Of a stretch of 64,000 nucleotides of DNA, positions 25,478 through 36,200 are shown one piece after another. A model generated the notes under the pieces. That model was not told the origin of the DNA, did no database searches, and worked only from the letters and a program-made list of their open reading frames with translations. Position 1 is the first letter of the stretch, and every line of letters starts with the position of its first letter. Position numbers and translations under genes: made by a program. Source of the DNA: Candidatus Effluviviaceae Genus V sp. (lineage in GTDB: Bacteria; Joyebacterota; Joyebacteria; Joyebacterales; Joyebacteraceae); the NCBI GenBank assembly GCA_014728125.1, contig WJMD01000097.1, positions 2,833 to 66,832 on the forward strand, written 5' to 3'.

Positions 25478-27124
25478 ATGGTAGCCTCACCGGGGTTTGC
25501 CAGGCACCCCGAACGCCCGGCTCGATGCCGCGGTAAGGGAGGCGATGCCTTGTTGCCTCATGCGTTGCTGATCGGTCTCGCGACCGCCGTCCTCGGTCTC
25601 TCTCCAGGTGCGATGGACGAGGCCGACGCGCCGCGGAGCGAGCGGTCTCTCTCCTCGGTCCCCGCCGTGGCGGTCGACGCCCCGGTCGCCCGGGACCGGT
25701 ATGTCGTCGGGCCCGGAGACCGCTTCCTGCTCTCCGTCCTCGGTGATGTCACCGAGCTCCACACACTGACCGTCACGCCGACGGGCGCACTGACGCTTCC
25801 CGTCGGGGAGACCGTCGTGGTCGCCGGAGCCTCCATCCAGGATGCCGAGGCCGTCGTGCGGGACGTCCTGAGCGATTACTACCACGACGCTCGGATCACC
25901 CTGACGCTGGTCGGTGCGCGCCAGGTGATCGTCCACGTGACCGGCGCGGTCGAGAACCCGGGGATGCTCCGGCTTCCGGCCACAGCCCGCGTCTCGGCGG
26001 CGATCGATTCGGCGCTCGGGCCGCTCGAGACGGCCTCCATGCGACGAATCGAGGTCAAGGGGCCGGACGGCCGTTCGCAGCGGGCCGACCTGGTCCGCTT
26101 CGGGGCGCTCGGGGAGCTCGAGATGAACCCGCTCGTCGCCGCCGGGGCCGTGATCCATATCCCCCATCGCGCGTCGTGGGTCGAGGTGCTCGGAGCGGTC
26201 AACGCTCCCGGCGACTATGAACTTGTTGCAGGAGACGACGTCAGCACCCTGCTGGCGATCGCCGGCGGCTTCGCTCCCGGCGCGGATACGCTTCACATCG
26301 AGCTCGTGCGTTTTGATGAGGACGATCCCACCGAGTACCAGTCCTTCTCTCTGGACCTCACGGAGCTCGACCGGAGCGCAGTGCCGCTCCGGAACGGCGA
26401 CCGGCTCTTCGCGCGGTGGATCGAGGGCTGGCACCGCGAGGCTCACGTCGAGGTCATCGGTGAGGTCGAGTACCCCGGGGTCTATTCGATCCGGGAGGGG
26501 ACCGACCGTCTGAGCGACCTGATCGAGAGAGCCGGGGGCTTCACGGAAAGGGCGGACCTCAGCAGGGCGGCCGTCCTCAGGCGGAGCGCGGTCGCCAGGG
26601 AAACGGCCGTCGAGCGGAGCATCGAGTTCCTTTCGGAGAGCGATCCTGCCTCGCTGGGGCACACGGACTACGAGTTCCTGCGGCACGGCGTGGTCTCGCG
26701 ACGGGGTGCGCTCTCGATCGACTTCCGTAACGTCTTCGTGGTAGGCGAGGGGGCGGACGATGTCCTCCTGCGAGGGGGGGACTTCATCGATGTGCCGCGC
26801 CGCGTCGACGCGGTCGAGGTTGCGGGCGCGGTCTCCCGGCCCGGCCTGGTCGACTACGATCCCGACCACCACTACCGGGACTACATCAGGGCCGCCGGGG
26901 GCTTCACGAACTTCGCCGACCGGGGGCTTGCGAAGATCGTCCGCGGAGAGACGGGACAGCGCGAGCGCGCCACCGTGTCGGTCGAGATCGGGCCCGGCGA
27001 CGTCATCTGGGTACCGCCCGAGATCGAAACGGAGTTCGTGGAGACGTTGAAGGATGTCCTCGGCATCCTCGGCCAGCTGGCCACCATCTATCTGGTGATC
27101 GACAGCGTGCAGGACGGAAACTGA
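25478..27124 (+). CDS. polysaccharide export protein (Wza-like; Poly_export + SLBB domains)
   Basis: The Poly_export motif YVVGPGDRFLLSVLGD is present, followed by repeated soluble-ligand-binding beta-grasp segments (VHVTGAVENPGMLRL; VEVLGAVNAPGDYEL; VEVIGEVEYPGVYSI; VEVAGAVSRPGLV). The true start is probably internal, near 25550. Confidence 0.8.
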   Translation: MVASPGFARHPERPARCRGKGGDALLPHALLIGLATAVLGLSPGAMDEADAPRSERSLSSVPAVAVDAPVARDRYVVGPGDRFLLSVLGDVTELHTLTVTPTGALTLPVGETVVVAGASIQDAEAVVRDVLSDYYHDARITLTLVGARQVIVHVTGAVENPGMLRLPATARVSAAIDSALGPLETASMRRIEVKGPDGRSQRADLVRFGALGELEMNPLVAAGAVIHIPHRASWVEVLGAVNAPGDYELVAGDDVSTLLAIAGGFAPGADTLHIELVRFDEDDPTEYQSFSLDLTELDRSAVPLRNGDRLFARWIEGWHREAHVEVIGEVEYPGVYSIREGTDRLSDLIERAGGFTERADLSRAAVLRRSAVARETAVERSIEFLSESDPASLGHTDYEFLRHGVVSRRGALSIDFRNVFVVGEGADDVLLRGGDFIDVPRRVDAVEVAGAVSRPGLVDYDPDHHYRDYIRAAGGFTNFADRGLAKIVRGETGQRERATVSVEIGPGDVIWVPPEIETEFVETLKDVLGILGQLATIYLVIDSVQDGN

Positions 27125-28353
27125 TGGCACAACCGGACATCGATCTCCATTCCGACAGAGAGAAGTCGCTGACAGACTATCTCTACGTCATCGTGAAGCG
27201 CCGCAGGATGGTCTGTCTCAACGTCCTGGTGGTCGCGGTCATCACGGCGATCATCTCCCTGCTCGTCCCGAAGTGGTACGAATCGAGGGCTTCGCTTCTG
27301 CCCGACGAGACCATGGGGCTCGATTCGGGTCTCATGAGCTATGTCCAGAGCAACTTCCCGCTCTTCCAGCTGACCGGTGCCAGCACACCCGCGCAGGGTA
27401 CGGTCTCGATCCTGAAGAGCCGTCGCGTGGCCGAACAGGTGGTTCGTGCGAACGAGCTGACGGAAGTCTATGGAGCGGAGACGATGGACGCGGCCGTCGC
27501 GGCACTCCGAGAGCACCGTGACATTCTCATTGACGAGAACGGAACTGTCGTTCTGATCGTTGAGGCCCGCGATCCCCTGCGGGCGGCCGCGATGGCGCGT
27601 TCTCATCTGACGGCTCTCGAGGAGTACAACGCGGCGACGCGGGCGACGACCGGGAGGCGGATCAGGGAGTTCGTCGAGGAGCGTCTGGAGGAGACCGATT
27701 CGCGTCTCCGGGCGGCAGAGGATTCCCTGACGGCATTCCAGTCGAGGAACGCCACCTTTGAGATCTCCGAGCAGGCGCGAGCGATGATCAGCACGATGGC
27801 CGAGGTCGAGGCGAAGCTGACAATGGCCCAGATCCAGCTCGGGGTGATCCGCGCCTACGCGAGCGAGTCGCACCCGGAGGTCCGGAGGCTCCGGGCCGAG
27901 ATCGAGGAGTATCGCTCCCAGATCCGGAAGCTGACGGCGGGGGGAGACGAGCCGGGTTCCGGCGGTCCGCTCGGCACGCCGCTGACCGAGCTGCCGGACC
28001 TGGCGGTACGATACGCCCGCCTCATGAGAACGACCGAGGCCCTCGGGCAGGTCTACCTGTACCTTCTGCAGGAGTATGAGTCCGCGCGGATACAGGAGGC
28101 GCGCGACACGCCAACCGTCCAGATCCTCGACGAGCCGGAACCGCCGGAGCTCAGGGTCCGTCCGAAGCGCAAGGTGATGGTGGTCATCGGTGCGATGATC
28201 GGCCTTCTCGCCGGCGTGGTTGCGGCTCTGGGCATCGAGTACTACGAGTCGTCGGACCCCGACGAACCACACCGCCGGAACATCGATGCCGTCGTGCGCA
28301 TGCTGCGGTCGGATCTTCGCCGACTCACACCGGGCGGCGGGCGCGGGACCTGA
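27124..28353 (+). CDS. polysaccharide chain-length determinant protein (Wzz/GumC-like PCP, no kinase domain)
   Basis: The N-terminus reads DYLYVIVKRRRMV + TM. A long coiled-coil periplasmic region follows, then a second TM (VMVVIGAMIGLLAGVVAALGIEY). No Walker motifs are present. Confidence 0.7.
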   Translation: MAQPDIDLHSDREKSLTDYLYVIVKRRRMVCLNVLVVAVITAIISLLVPKWYESRASLLPDETMGLDSGLMSYVQSNFPLFQLTGASTPAQGTVSILKSRRVAEQVVRANELTEVYGAETMDAAVAALREHRDILIDENGTVVLIVEARDPLRAAAMARSHLTALEEYNAATRATTGRRIREFVEERLEETDSRLRAAEDSLTAFQSRNATFEISEQARAMISTMAEVEAKLTMAQIQLGVIRAYASESHPEVRRLRAEIEEYRSQIRKLTAGGDEPGSGGPLGTPLTELPDLAVRYARLMRTTEALGQVYLYLLQEYESARIQEARDTPTVQILDEPEPPELRVRPKRKVMVVIGAMIGLLAGVVAALGIEYYESSDPDEPHRRNIDAVVRMLRSDLRRLTPGGGRGT

Positions 28354-28456
28354 TGTGTCCGGCGCCGCCGGTTCTTCCCTTATCCCAGACTGACGAAGCC
28401 GGCCACTTGTTGTCTCCGAGGACGGGGCCGCGACCGTATCGAGAGCGGGAGTCCCC

Positions 28457-29962
28457 TTGACTGGCATGACCTTCCGCGACAGCGACCGAGCCTCGACGCG
28501 ACGAAGGGCCCTGCCCTTCGTCTTCGGCGTGGCGGTCGTTCTGCAAGTGCTCCTGGCGGTCTGGGGCTCGCGCGAGCCGGTGCTCCTGATCGGAGGCATC
28601 GTCTTCGCGATCGTGCTCTGTCTCTCGCTCGCGAACACGTTCGCGGGACTTATCGCGATCCTGCTGTTCCAGATACGCATCCTGCAGGGTTCCAGCGAGA
28701 TCGGCATCGACGAGCTCGCCTACGCAGCGCTTTTCGCCGCGACGTTCGGTGGTTGGCTGCTCCGGCACGGGCTCTCGTCGGAGTTTCGGCGGCTCCGATC
28801 GAGCCCCCTGACGGTTCCGCTCCTCGCGTTCTTCGTTGTCTGTGCTGTCTCCATCATCCCCTCGCTGGTCAACGGATACAGTCCCCTCTGGTGGTTCAGG
28901 GACCTGGTTCGGTTCTCGACGTTCCTCCTGATATTTCCCGTGGCGACGGTCGCGCGTTCCCGGAAGCGGGCCGCGGTCCTCGTCACCTGCTTCCTCGCCG
29001 TCGTTCTCTACTACGGGATCGATGCCTTCATGACATACCGGTCCATGCTGGAAGCAGCGAAGCACCTATGGCAGATGCAGTGGCAGCGCGCTCCCTCTCA
29101 CGAGGTGCTCCCGATGACGACGCTCGTCATCGCGCTCGCGGTCTTCCTGAGGACGAGGTCCTCGAGGGCGATGATCGCGTCCCTGTGCGTTGTCCTCATC
29201 TCGCTCGTCCCGCTGGCTGTCTCGCTCTCGCGCGGGTTCTGGGCCGCTTCAGGGCTCGCGATTCTGATCCTCCTGCTGGTCTCGAGGCCGGCCGCGCGCC
29301 GGGTCGTCGGCCTGGCCGTCACAACCACTGTCGGCGCGCTCATCGCGGGCTACATGGCGTTCGGGTGGCGCTTCGCCGGCGTGATCGAGAGCCTCACTGA
29401 GCGGTTCTCCTCGATCGCCTCGCCGCTGGCGGCGCTCTCGATCCAGGAGCGGCTGGCCGAGTCGTCGGCCCAGCTGGAACTCATCGCCGAGAACCCGATC
29501 ATCGGTCACGGTCTCGGGGCGACGCTCTCCTACATGTCGCCGATCGAGTCTCAGCTGATCACGAGCACGTACAGCCACAACGCCTATCTCTTCCTGATCT
29601 TCAAGCTCGGCATCGCCGGGCTTGTCGCGTTCCTCGCCTTCTACGTGAGAGGTGTTCTCCGCGTCAGAGCGGCGGCCCGCCGATCCGGATCGACGTTCGA
29701 GCGGACCCTGATGCTGGGCAGTCTCAGCCTGCTGATCGTGTTCCTGCCGCTCTCGATCACGTCGCCGCAGTTCTACGCGAAGACGTCGGTCCTCGTCATC
29801 GCGCTGATGTTCGGAATGGCCGAGGCCATCGTGGGACGGAGCGGGAGCGAGTCGGCCGAACCGGCTCCAAGAGCGCAGGGCGACCGGGCTGCTGCATCCG
29901 CTGTGCCTGAAGGCGGTCCGCGGGAGCATCGGTCCGCGGACGGCCCGGCGGAGGCGTCGTGA
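28457..29962 (+). CDS. O-antigen ligase/polymerase family membrane protein (Wzy/WaaL-like)
   Basis: The protein has at least 10 TM helices, with a large periplasmic loop between late helices typical of the Wzy_C domain. It lies immediately downstream of wzz. Confidence 0.6.
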   Translation: MTGMTFRDSDRASTRRRALPFVFGVAVVLQVLLAVWGSREPVLLIGGIVFAIVLCLSLANTFAGLIAILLFQIRILQGSSEIGIDELAYAALFAATFGGWLLRHGLSSEFRRLRSSPLTVPLLAFFVVCAVSIIPSLVNGYSPLWWFRDLVRFSTFLLIFPVATVARSRKRAAVLVTCFLAVVLYYGIDAFMTYRSMLEAAKHLWQMQWQRAPSHEVLPMTTLVIALAVFLRTRSSRAMIASLCVVLISLVPLAVSLSRGFWAASGLAILILLLVSRPAARRVVGLAVTTTVGALIAGYMAFGWRFAGVIESLTERFSSIASPLAALSIQERLAESSAQLELIAENPIIGHGLGATLSYMSPIESQLITSTYSHNAYLFLIFKLGIAGLVAFLAFYVRGVLRVRAAARRSGSTFERTLMLGSLSLLIVFLPLSITSPQFYAKTSVLVIALMFGMAEAIVGRSGSESAEPAPRAQGDRAAASAVPEGGPREHRSADGPAEAS

Positions 29963-31149
29963 GGGTCCTCTTTCTCACATCGCGACTCCCGTTCCCCCCG
30001 GACCGCGGCGACAAGGTCAGAACGCACAATCTGCTGAGGGCGTTCGCCGCGCGCCACGACGTGAAGCTCATCTCCTTCGTCGACGGCGGCGAACCCGGGG
30101 AAGGGGAGGAGATACTCCGGCAGTGGTGCGACGTCGAGACGGTTCATCTCCCGTCGTTCCGCTCGGTGCTCAACGCGGGCGCGGGCCTTCTGCGTAGACT
30201 GCCGCTTCAGGCTTGCTACTACTCGTCAGGAGAGATGTCGGAGCTCGTGCGAAGCGCACTTCGGGACGGTTGCGACGCGCTCTACGTGCACCTCTTCCGG
30301 ATGGCGCCGTTCGCGCTCGGTGCCCTCGGCGACGTTCATGCGCGGGCCGGACGCCCGGCCACCATCCTCGACCTGACCGACGCTATCTCGCGCGAGATCG
30401 AGCTGTCCCTTCCGAGGAGACGACCGCTCTCGCGGGCGGTCTACACGATCGAGCATCGCAGGGTGCGAAGCTACGAGGCGGCCATCTCGCCGCGCTTCGA
30501 CGACGTGTGGACGATCTCGGGAGCGGACGCCGACATCATCCGAAGCGCGGCGCCGACGTCGAACGTCACCGTCGTTCCCAACGGCGTCGACGACTCGCTC
30601 TTCGCGCTCGGGATTCCCGCCGAGCGACCGGTCTCCGTCCTGTTCGTCGGGAACTTCCGTGTGCCCCACAACGTGGACGCCGCGGCCTGGCTGGCCGGAG
30701 AGATCGCGCCGGCGGTGGCCGCCGAGGTCCCCGGCGTCGAGTTCGTGCTGGCCGGCGCGGCCTCCGACGAGGTCGTTCTGCCCGAACGGGGTGTCGTCTG
30801 GCGCCGCAGGGGCTTTGTGCCGGCGCTGAAGGACGTCTACGGTGGGGCCGGTGTTTTCGCCGCCCCGATGCGGTTCGCGGCGGGCGTTCAGAACAAGATC
30901 CTCGAGGCGATGGCTGCGGGCCTCCCCGTTGTCACAACATCGATCGCGAACGCCGGTCTCGGCGCCCGGCCCGATTCCGAACTTCTTGTCCGGGACGGGG
31001 CGCGGGCCTTCGCCGACGGCATCGTGGACCTGCTGTCGAAGAGGGAACTCGCGGGAGGGATCGCGGAGCGGGGACGCGCGTTCGTCAGGGAACGCTTCAC
31101 CTGGGACAGGGCTCTGGAACGACTCGAGGAGGTCTCGGCCGGCCTATGA
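29959..31149 (+). CDS. glycosyltransferase family 4 (resembles PEP-CTERM/EpsH1-associated sugar transferase subfamily)
   Basis: The N-terminus MRVLFLTSRLPFPPDRGDKVRTHNLLRAFA and the C-terminal GT-B EX7E region (KILEAMAAGLPVVTT) are present. Confidence 0.8.
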   Translation: MRVLFLTSRLPFPPDRGDKVRTHNLLRAFAARHDVKLISFVDGGEPGEGEEILRQWCDVETVHLPSFRSVLNAGAGLLRRLPLQACYYSSGEMSELVRSALRDGCDALYVHLFRMAPFALGALGDVHARAGRPATILDLTDAISREIELSLPRRRPLSRAVYTIEHRRVRSYEAAISPRFDDVWTISGADADIIRSAAPTSNVTVVPNGVDDSLFALGIPAERPVSVLFVGNFRVPHNVDAAAWLAGEIAPAVAAEVPGVEFVLAGAASDEVVLPERGVVWRRRGFVPALKDVYGGAGVFAAPMRFAAGVQNKILEAMAAGLPVVTTSIANAGLGARPDSELLVRDGARAFADGIVDLLSKRELAGGIAERGRAFVRERFTWDRALERLEEVSAGL

Positions 31150-32457
31150 GGAGCGGCCGCGCCCTCGAGCAAGACGCTCGCAGGCCTTCACGAGCGGGGA
31201 GTCGTCCGACGTCGCATCGTGCTCGGCGAACGCGAGTTTCCTCGCCGCCGCTCCGAGCCGCTCTCTCAGGCCGTCGTCATCGAGGACGGAGGTCACCTCC
31301 CTCGCGAACGACCTCGGATCGTCGGCCATCCTCACCTCTCTGTCGTGCTCGACGTGCAGTCCCTCGCAGCCCTTCGTCGTCGTGACGACCGCCTTGCCCA
31401 TCGCCATCGCCTGGATGATCTTGACCCTCACGCCGCTTCCGATGCGCAGCGGAACGACCAGGACGCGCGACCGGGCGAAGTGTTCGAACACGTCATCGAC
31501 GTCGCCGACGAACGATACCCTTCCGTCGCCGCCGGCCAGAAGCGACGCCCACTGGGGCACGGGGGAACCGACGACGGTCACCGTCGTACCGGGTCGTGTC
31601 GCCCGAATGGCCGGGAGGATCTCTTCGAGGAACCAACGCAGGCTGTCCTGGTTTGGGCGCCAGCCGAACGAGCCGACGAAGAGAACGTCGTTCTCCTCGG
31701 CGTGTGGCGGCTCCGGCAGGGCTCCGACGTCGATCGCGAGCGGTACGGCCTCGACCCGGGCTTCCTCGGACATCTCCTCCAACGCTCGCCGGTCGACGTC
31801 ACTGAAGGTGAGCGTCAGGTCGAAGAGCGGCAGGACGGAGGCCTCGTATCGCTCCATGCGCCGCCACTGCAGCGTCGCGTAGAGGCGGGCGGCGGACGAC
31901 GCCTGGAAGTCCGCGAAGAGCCTCATCACGGTCGACTGGACGTTGTGTTCGAAGAGCACGGCTGGCGCATCCGAGGCAGCGCCCGCGGCGGGGAGCGCCG
32001 GAGCGCTGTGAAGGCTGTTGAAGAAGATGAGGTCGTAGCGCTCCGCGGCCGCCTCCGCGACCCTCGCGAGGAAGCGCCGCGATGTGTAGCGTCGAATGGG
32101 GACGGGGAGCGGGTCGGTGAGCCCCCTCAGATAGCCGGCGGTCGAGACCTTCGGCAGCTCGGGCACGGCGATGACGTCGGCGAGTCCGCCGAGCTCCGCG
32201 TCCTGCGACACCGTACCGTCCGGGACGATCGTCAGGAATGTGACGCCGTGCCCCGCCCGGGCAAGCTGCGAGATCTGGTAGAACGTGGCGATCTGACCAC
32301 CTGTTCTGCGCCTGCCGGGCAGATCCTGTCCGATGAAGAGGACACGCAACGCTATAGTCTCCCGGTTGAGCGTGACGGCGTCGGCGGAGGCTCCGCCGGA
32401 CGACCGCCCGAAGCTAGCGCAGGACGGCGGCGCGGTCAAGAGCCTCGAGCCGGGCAT
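31144..32457 (-). CDS. glycosyltransferase family 4
   Basis: The GT-B pattern LRVLFIGQDLPGRRRTGGQ...VLFVGSFGWRPNQDSLRWF...RVKIIQAMAMGKAVVTT is present. The true start is probably an internal TTG near 32349; the ORF is open to 32457. Confidence 0.75.
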   Translation of the reverse strand: MPGSRLLTAPPSCASFGRSSGGASADAVTLNRETIALRVLFIGQDLPGRRRTGGQIATFYQISQLARAGHGVTFLTIVPDGTVSQDAELGGLADVIAVPELPKVSTAGYLRGLTDPLPVPIRRYTSRRFLARVAEAAAERYDLIFFNSLHSAPALPAAGAASDAPAVLFEHNVQSTVMRLFADFQASSAARLYATLQWRRMERYEASVLPLFDLTLTFSDVDRRALEEMSEEARVEAVPLAIDVGALPEPPHAEENDVLFVGSFGWRPNQDSLRWFLEEILPAIRATRPGTTVTVVGSPVPQWASLLAGGDGRVSFVGDVDDVFEHFARSRVLVVPLRIGSGVRVKIIQAMAMGKAVVTTTKGCEGLHVEHDREVRMADDPRSFAREVTSVLDDDGLRERLGAAARKLAFAEHDATSDDSPLVKACERLARGRGRSS

Positions 32458-32607
32458 GACGATTGCACGTGGAGGGGACCGGGAGAAAGGTGCTTGCTCG
32501 ACGGTGCGGCGGGCTGTATACTCCGTCTTCTAACTGAGGGGTGAAGAATATCTGTCGCAGCCCGTCGTACGAGCGTGCTGACGACGCGACTTCATGGGAA
32601 GACACGG

Positions 32608-33567
32608 ATGAAAGCACTCGTCACCGGCGGCGCTGGGTTCATCGGTTCGCATCTGGTCGAGGCGCTCCTCGACCGGGGCGACCGCGTGTGGGTCATCGAC
32701 GACCTCTCGACCGGCCGCTTTGAGAACATCGCCCACCTCGAGGGAAACCCGGACTTCAGCTACGTCATCGACACGATCCTCGACGAGGAGATCGTCGCCG
32801 AGCTGACGTCCAAGGTCGACGTGGTCTTCCATCTCGCGGCGGCCGTCGGCGTCGCCTACATCATCGAGAACCCGTTGAAGTCGCTCGAGACGAACATACA
32901 GGGCACCGAGATCGTCCTTCAGAAGGCGAACGAGGGGAAGAAGAAGGTCGTTCTCTTCTCGACCTCGGAGATCTACGGCAAGGCCGACTCCCAGCCGTGC
33001 AGCGAGACCGACGATCGGATCCTGGGCTCGACGATGATCGCCCGCTGGGGCTACTCCTCCTCGAAGGCGATCGACGAGTTCCTGGCGCTGGCATACCATC
33101 GCGAGAAGCAGCTCCCGGTGGTCATCGTGCGATGCTTCAACACCTGCGGACCGCGCCAGACCGGTCAGTACGGCATGGTCATCCCGCGTTTCGTCAAGCA
33201 GGCGCTGCTCGACCATCCGATCACGGTCTACGGGGACGGACAGCAGACCCGCTGCTTCTGCGACGTGTCCGATGTGATTCGCGGCGTCCTGGCCCTGGTC
33301 GACGAGCCCTCGGCGAACGGCGAGGTCTTCAACATCGGGAGCGACGAGGAGACGACGATCGAGGCGCTCGCCGAGAGGATCAAGGAGCTCACGGGAAGCC
33401 AGTCGGTCGTGGAGCACATTCCCTACGAGAAGGCGTACGAGGAGGGATTCGAGGACATGCGGCGCCGCATTCCCGATCTCGCGAAGATCCGCGAGACCGT
33501 GGGATACGAGCCGCAGATCGGGCTCTCGGAGCTCCTGGAACGCATCGTAGCGCACTTTAAGAAGTAA
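32608..33567 (+). CDS. NAD-dependent epimerase/dehydratase (UDP-sugar 4-epimerase / UDP-glucuronate decarboxylase family)
   Basis: MKALVTGGAGFIGSHL is present, with the SDR catalytic motifs STSEIYG and YSSSK. Confidence 0.85.
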   Translation: MKALVTGGAGFIGSHLVEALLDRGDRVWVIDDLSTGRFENIAHLEGNPDFSYVIDTILDEEIVAELTSKVDVVFHLAAAVGVAYIIENPLKSLETNIQGTEIVLQKANEGKKKVVLFSTSEIYGKADSQPCSETDDRILGSTMIARWGYSSSKAIDEFLALAYHREKQLPVVIVRCFNTCGPRQTGQYGMVIPRFVKQALLDHPITVYGDGQQTRCFCDVSDVIRGVLALVDEPSANGEVFNIGSDEETTIEALAERIKELTGSQSVVEHIPYEKAYEEGFEDMRRRIPDLAKIRETVGYEPQIGLSELLERIVAHFKK

Positions 33568-33676
33568 ACTGAGGCCGCCGTACACGGGAGGGCGTACAGA
33601 ACGAGCTTGACAGCTACGAATGAGTCCTGAATAATCCCGATTCCGACGTTTGGCAGGGATCTGTCAGGAAACTGTC

Positions 33677-34840
33677 ATGATCTTCATCTGTGCGTTCGGC
33701 CTGTCGCTTCTGGCGGTCTTGGCGCTCACCCCGGCGGTGCGCACCCTCGCCACCAGGCTCAGGTTTCTGGACTACCCCAATCGGGCGAAGGCCCATCGGC
33801 GGCCCACGCCGCTGATGGGCGGTCTCGCCGTCGCCATCGCGAGCCTCGCCGCCGCGGCGAGCGCGCTGGCGCTGATTCGTTCTCCCTACAGCGCACGGAT
33901 CGTCGGCTTCATGTCCGGCGGACTGATCGTCGTGGTGCTCGGTCTGGCCGACGACGCCAACGGCATGAGGCCCCGCGTCAAATTGGCCGGCCAGGCCGCG
34001 GCCGCCACCGTCATGCTGCTCTCGGGCGGCATCGACGGCATCCCGCTGCCGCTTCCGCTCGCCTTCGGGCTCGCCCTCCTCTGGATGGTCGGGCTCATGA
34101 ACGCGTTCAACTTCCTGGACAACATGGACGGTATCACGTCCGGTCTGGCGTCGATCGCCTCGTTCGGCATCTTCTCGCTGGCGCTCGGCCACGGCCACAT
34201 CCATACCGCGATCGCGGCCATCTCCGTGGCCGGCGGGGCGCTCGGGTTCCTCAGGTACAACTTCTCCCCGGCCTCGATCTTCCTCGGGGACGCCGGCAGT
34301 CTCTTCCTCGGATATGTCGTTGGTGGACTGTCCCTCAGGGCTGTATCGTATGCGGGGGCCGACCCGACCGCGCTCCTGATACCCGTCCTGATGCTCGGCT
34401 ACCCCATTTTCGATGCGACGCTCGTCACGGTCGCGCGGCTGACCGACGGCCGGGACGTCGCGCAGGGCGGCACCGACCACAGCTCGCATCGGCTGGCGCG
34501 GCTCGGACTGAGCGCCAGGCAGACGGCTCGAACGATCTACACCATATCCGCCCTCCTTACGGGAACGGCGGTCTATCTCTCGCTCGCCCACAGCGGTCGC
34601 ACCGGTCTCCTCGGCCTGGCGGCTCTGGCGGCCGGGGGCGGCATGCTGCTGCTCGGCATGCGTCTCGTCCGCGTTCCCATCGCAGCGCGGTCGGACAAGG
34701 TGGCCCGCAGCGTTCGGATCCTGCGGGAGCTGTCGGACGAGGAGATGGTGCTCCTCTCGGGACACCGGCAGGAACCCGCCGACGCCGAGACGAGAGAGCC
34801 CTCAGAGACGAAGACCCGCGAAAAAGTCGCGTCGAGGTAA
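33677..34840 (+). CDS. undecaprenyl-phosphate N-acetylhexosamine-1-phosphate transferase (WecA/MraY family)
   Basis: The MraY/WecA motifs NAFNFLDNMDGI and FLGDAGSLFLGY are present in a polytopic membrane protein. Confidence 0.8.
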   Translation: MIFICAFGLSLLAVLALTPAVRTLATRLRFLDYPNRAKAHRRPTPLMGGLAVAIASLAAAASALALIRSPYSARIVGFMSGGLIVVVLGLADDANGMRPRVKLAGQAAAATVMLLSGGIDGIPLPLPLAFGLALLWMVGLMNAFNFLDNMDGITSGLASIASFGIFSLALGHGHIHTAIAAISVAGGALGFLRYNFSPASIFLGDAGSLFLGYVVGGLSLRAVSYAGADPTALLIPVLMLGYPIFDATLVTVARLTDGRDVAQGGTDHSSHRLARLGLSARQTARTIYTISALLTGTAVYLSLAHSGRTGLLGLAALAAGGGMLLLGMRLVRVPIAARSDKVARSVRILRELSDEEMVLLSGHRQEPADAETREPSETKTREKVASR

Positions 34841-34888
34841 CGGCCCGGTGGTTCCCCCCGAGGGGAGCTCCGGCCCGTGGAGGAGTCT

Positions 34889-36160
34889 ATGCTGGACCTG
34901 AAGTACGTCCGTGCTCATCCCGACGATGTGCGCCGCGCCGTCGAGAACAAGGGTGAGAACGCCGACATCGACCGGCTGCTCGCTCTCGACGAGAAGCTCC
35001 GGGGCCTCATCGTGGAGGCCGACGAGCTCAAGCAGCAGCGGAACGAGGAGAGCGACCGCATCGCCCTGCTCAAGAAGGCGGGCGAGGACGCGTCGGACAC
35101 GATCGCCCGCATGCGGGAGGTCTCGGCGCGCATCAAGGAGTTCGACCGTGAGATGTCCGAACTCCGCGAAGAGCTGGCGACGCTCGAGCTGACCGTCCCC
35201 AACATCCCTCATGAGTCCGTCCCGGTCGGGAAGGACGAAGACGACAACGTGCTCGTCCGGGAGTGGGGTGAGCCCAGTTCTCTTGTCAGTGAACCGGCAC
35301 CCCACTGGGAGGTCGGGGAATCGCTCGACATCCTCGATATCACGGCCGGGAGCCGCGTGGCCGGTTCGGGCTTCGTCGCGCTCAAGGGTCTGGGCTCTCG
35401 CCTCAGCCGCGCGCTCATCTCGTTCATGCTCGATGTTCACACGAAGGAGCACGGGTACCGGGAGGTCTCGCCGCCGTATCTGGCCGACCGGCAGGCGATG
35501 ACCGGCACCGGTCAGCTCCCGAAGCTCGAGGAGGACATGTACCTGGCGGAGACGGACGATCTCTTCCTGATCCCGACGGCCGAGGTGCCCCTGACGAACC
35601 TGCATCGGGACGAGATCCTCGAGCCGGGAACCCTGCCGCTCCGCTACACAGCGCACACGCCGTGCTTCCGCCGCGAGGCGGGGTCGTACGGGAAGGACAC
35701 GCGCGGGCTCATCCGGGTGCATCAGTTCGACAAGGTCGAGCTCGTCCAGGTCGTCGAGCCGGAGTCGTCGTACGATGTGCTCGAGACGCTGACGGGCCAC
35801 GCCGAGACGATCCTCCAGCGCCTGGAGCTTCCGTACCGAGTCAAGGTGCTCTGCACGGGCGACCTCTCCTTCGCCGCCGCGAAGTGCTACGATATCGACG
35901 TCTGGGCGGCCGGCATCGGCCGCTGGCTCGAGGTATCGTCCTGCTCGAACTTTGAGGATTTCCAGGCGAGGCGGGCCGGGATCAGATACCGCCCGGAGGA
36001 CGGCGGCAAGGCCCGGTACGCACACACCCTTAACGGCTCCGGCGTCGCGCTCCCGAGGACCATCATCGCCATCCTCGAGAACTACCAGACCGACCGAGGC
36101 ACTGTCGCCGTGCCGGACGCGCTTCACCCCTATATGGACGGCCTGGACGAGATCGCGTGA
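34889..36160 (+). CDS. serS: seryl-tRNA synthetase
   Basis: MLDLKYVRAHPDDVRRAVENKG opens the N-terminal coiled-coil arm. The class II core is present (GSRVAGSGF..., TPCFRREAGSYGKDTRGLIRVHQFDKVE, motif 3 GSGVALPRTIIAILENYQ). Confidence 0.9.
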   Translation: MLDLKYVRAHPDDVRRAVENKGENADIDRLLALDEKLRGLIVEADELKQQRNEESDRIALLKKAGEDASDTIARMREVSARIKEFDREMSELREELATLELTVPNIPHESVPVGKDEDDNVLVREWGEPSSLVSEPAPHWEVGESLDILDITAGSRVAGSGFVALKGLGSRLSRALISFMLDVHTKEHGYREVSPPYLADRQAMTGTGQLPKLEEDMYLAETDDLFLIPTAEVPLTNLHRDEILEPGTLPLRYTAHTPCFRREAGSYGKDTRGLIRVHQFDKVELVQVVEPESSYDVLETLTGHAETILQRLELPYRVKVLCTGDLSFAAAKCYDIDVWAAGIGRWLEVSSCSNFEDFQARRAGIRYRPEDGGKARYAHTLNGSGVALPRTIIAILENYQTDRGTVAVPDALHPYMDGLDEIA

Positions 36161-36200
36161 CCGTGGACCGCCGTCCGTCCTCCGCCCGGAGGAGCCCGGA

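Noticed and set aside
31219-32544. 441-aa + ORF overlapping the minus-strand GT4 gene
   Set aside because: The minus-strand translation has GT-B family 4 motifs. The + ORF lacks any and is antisense-like.
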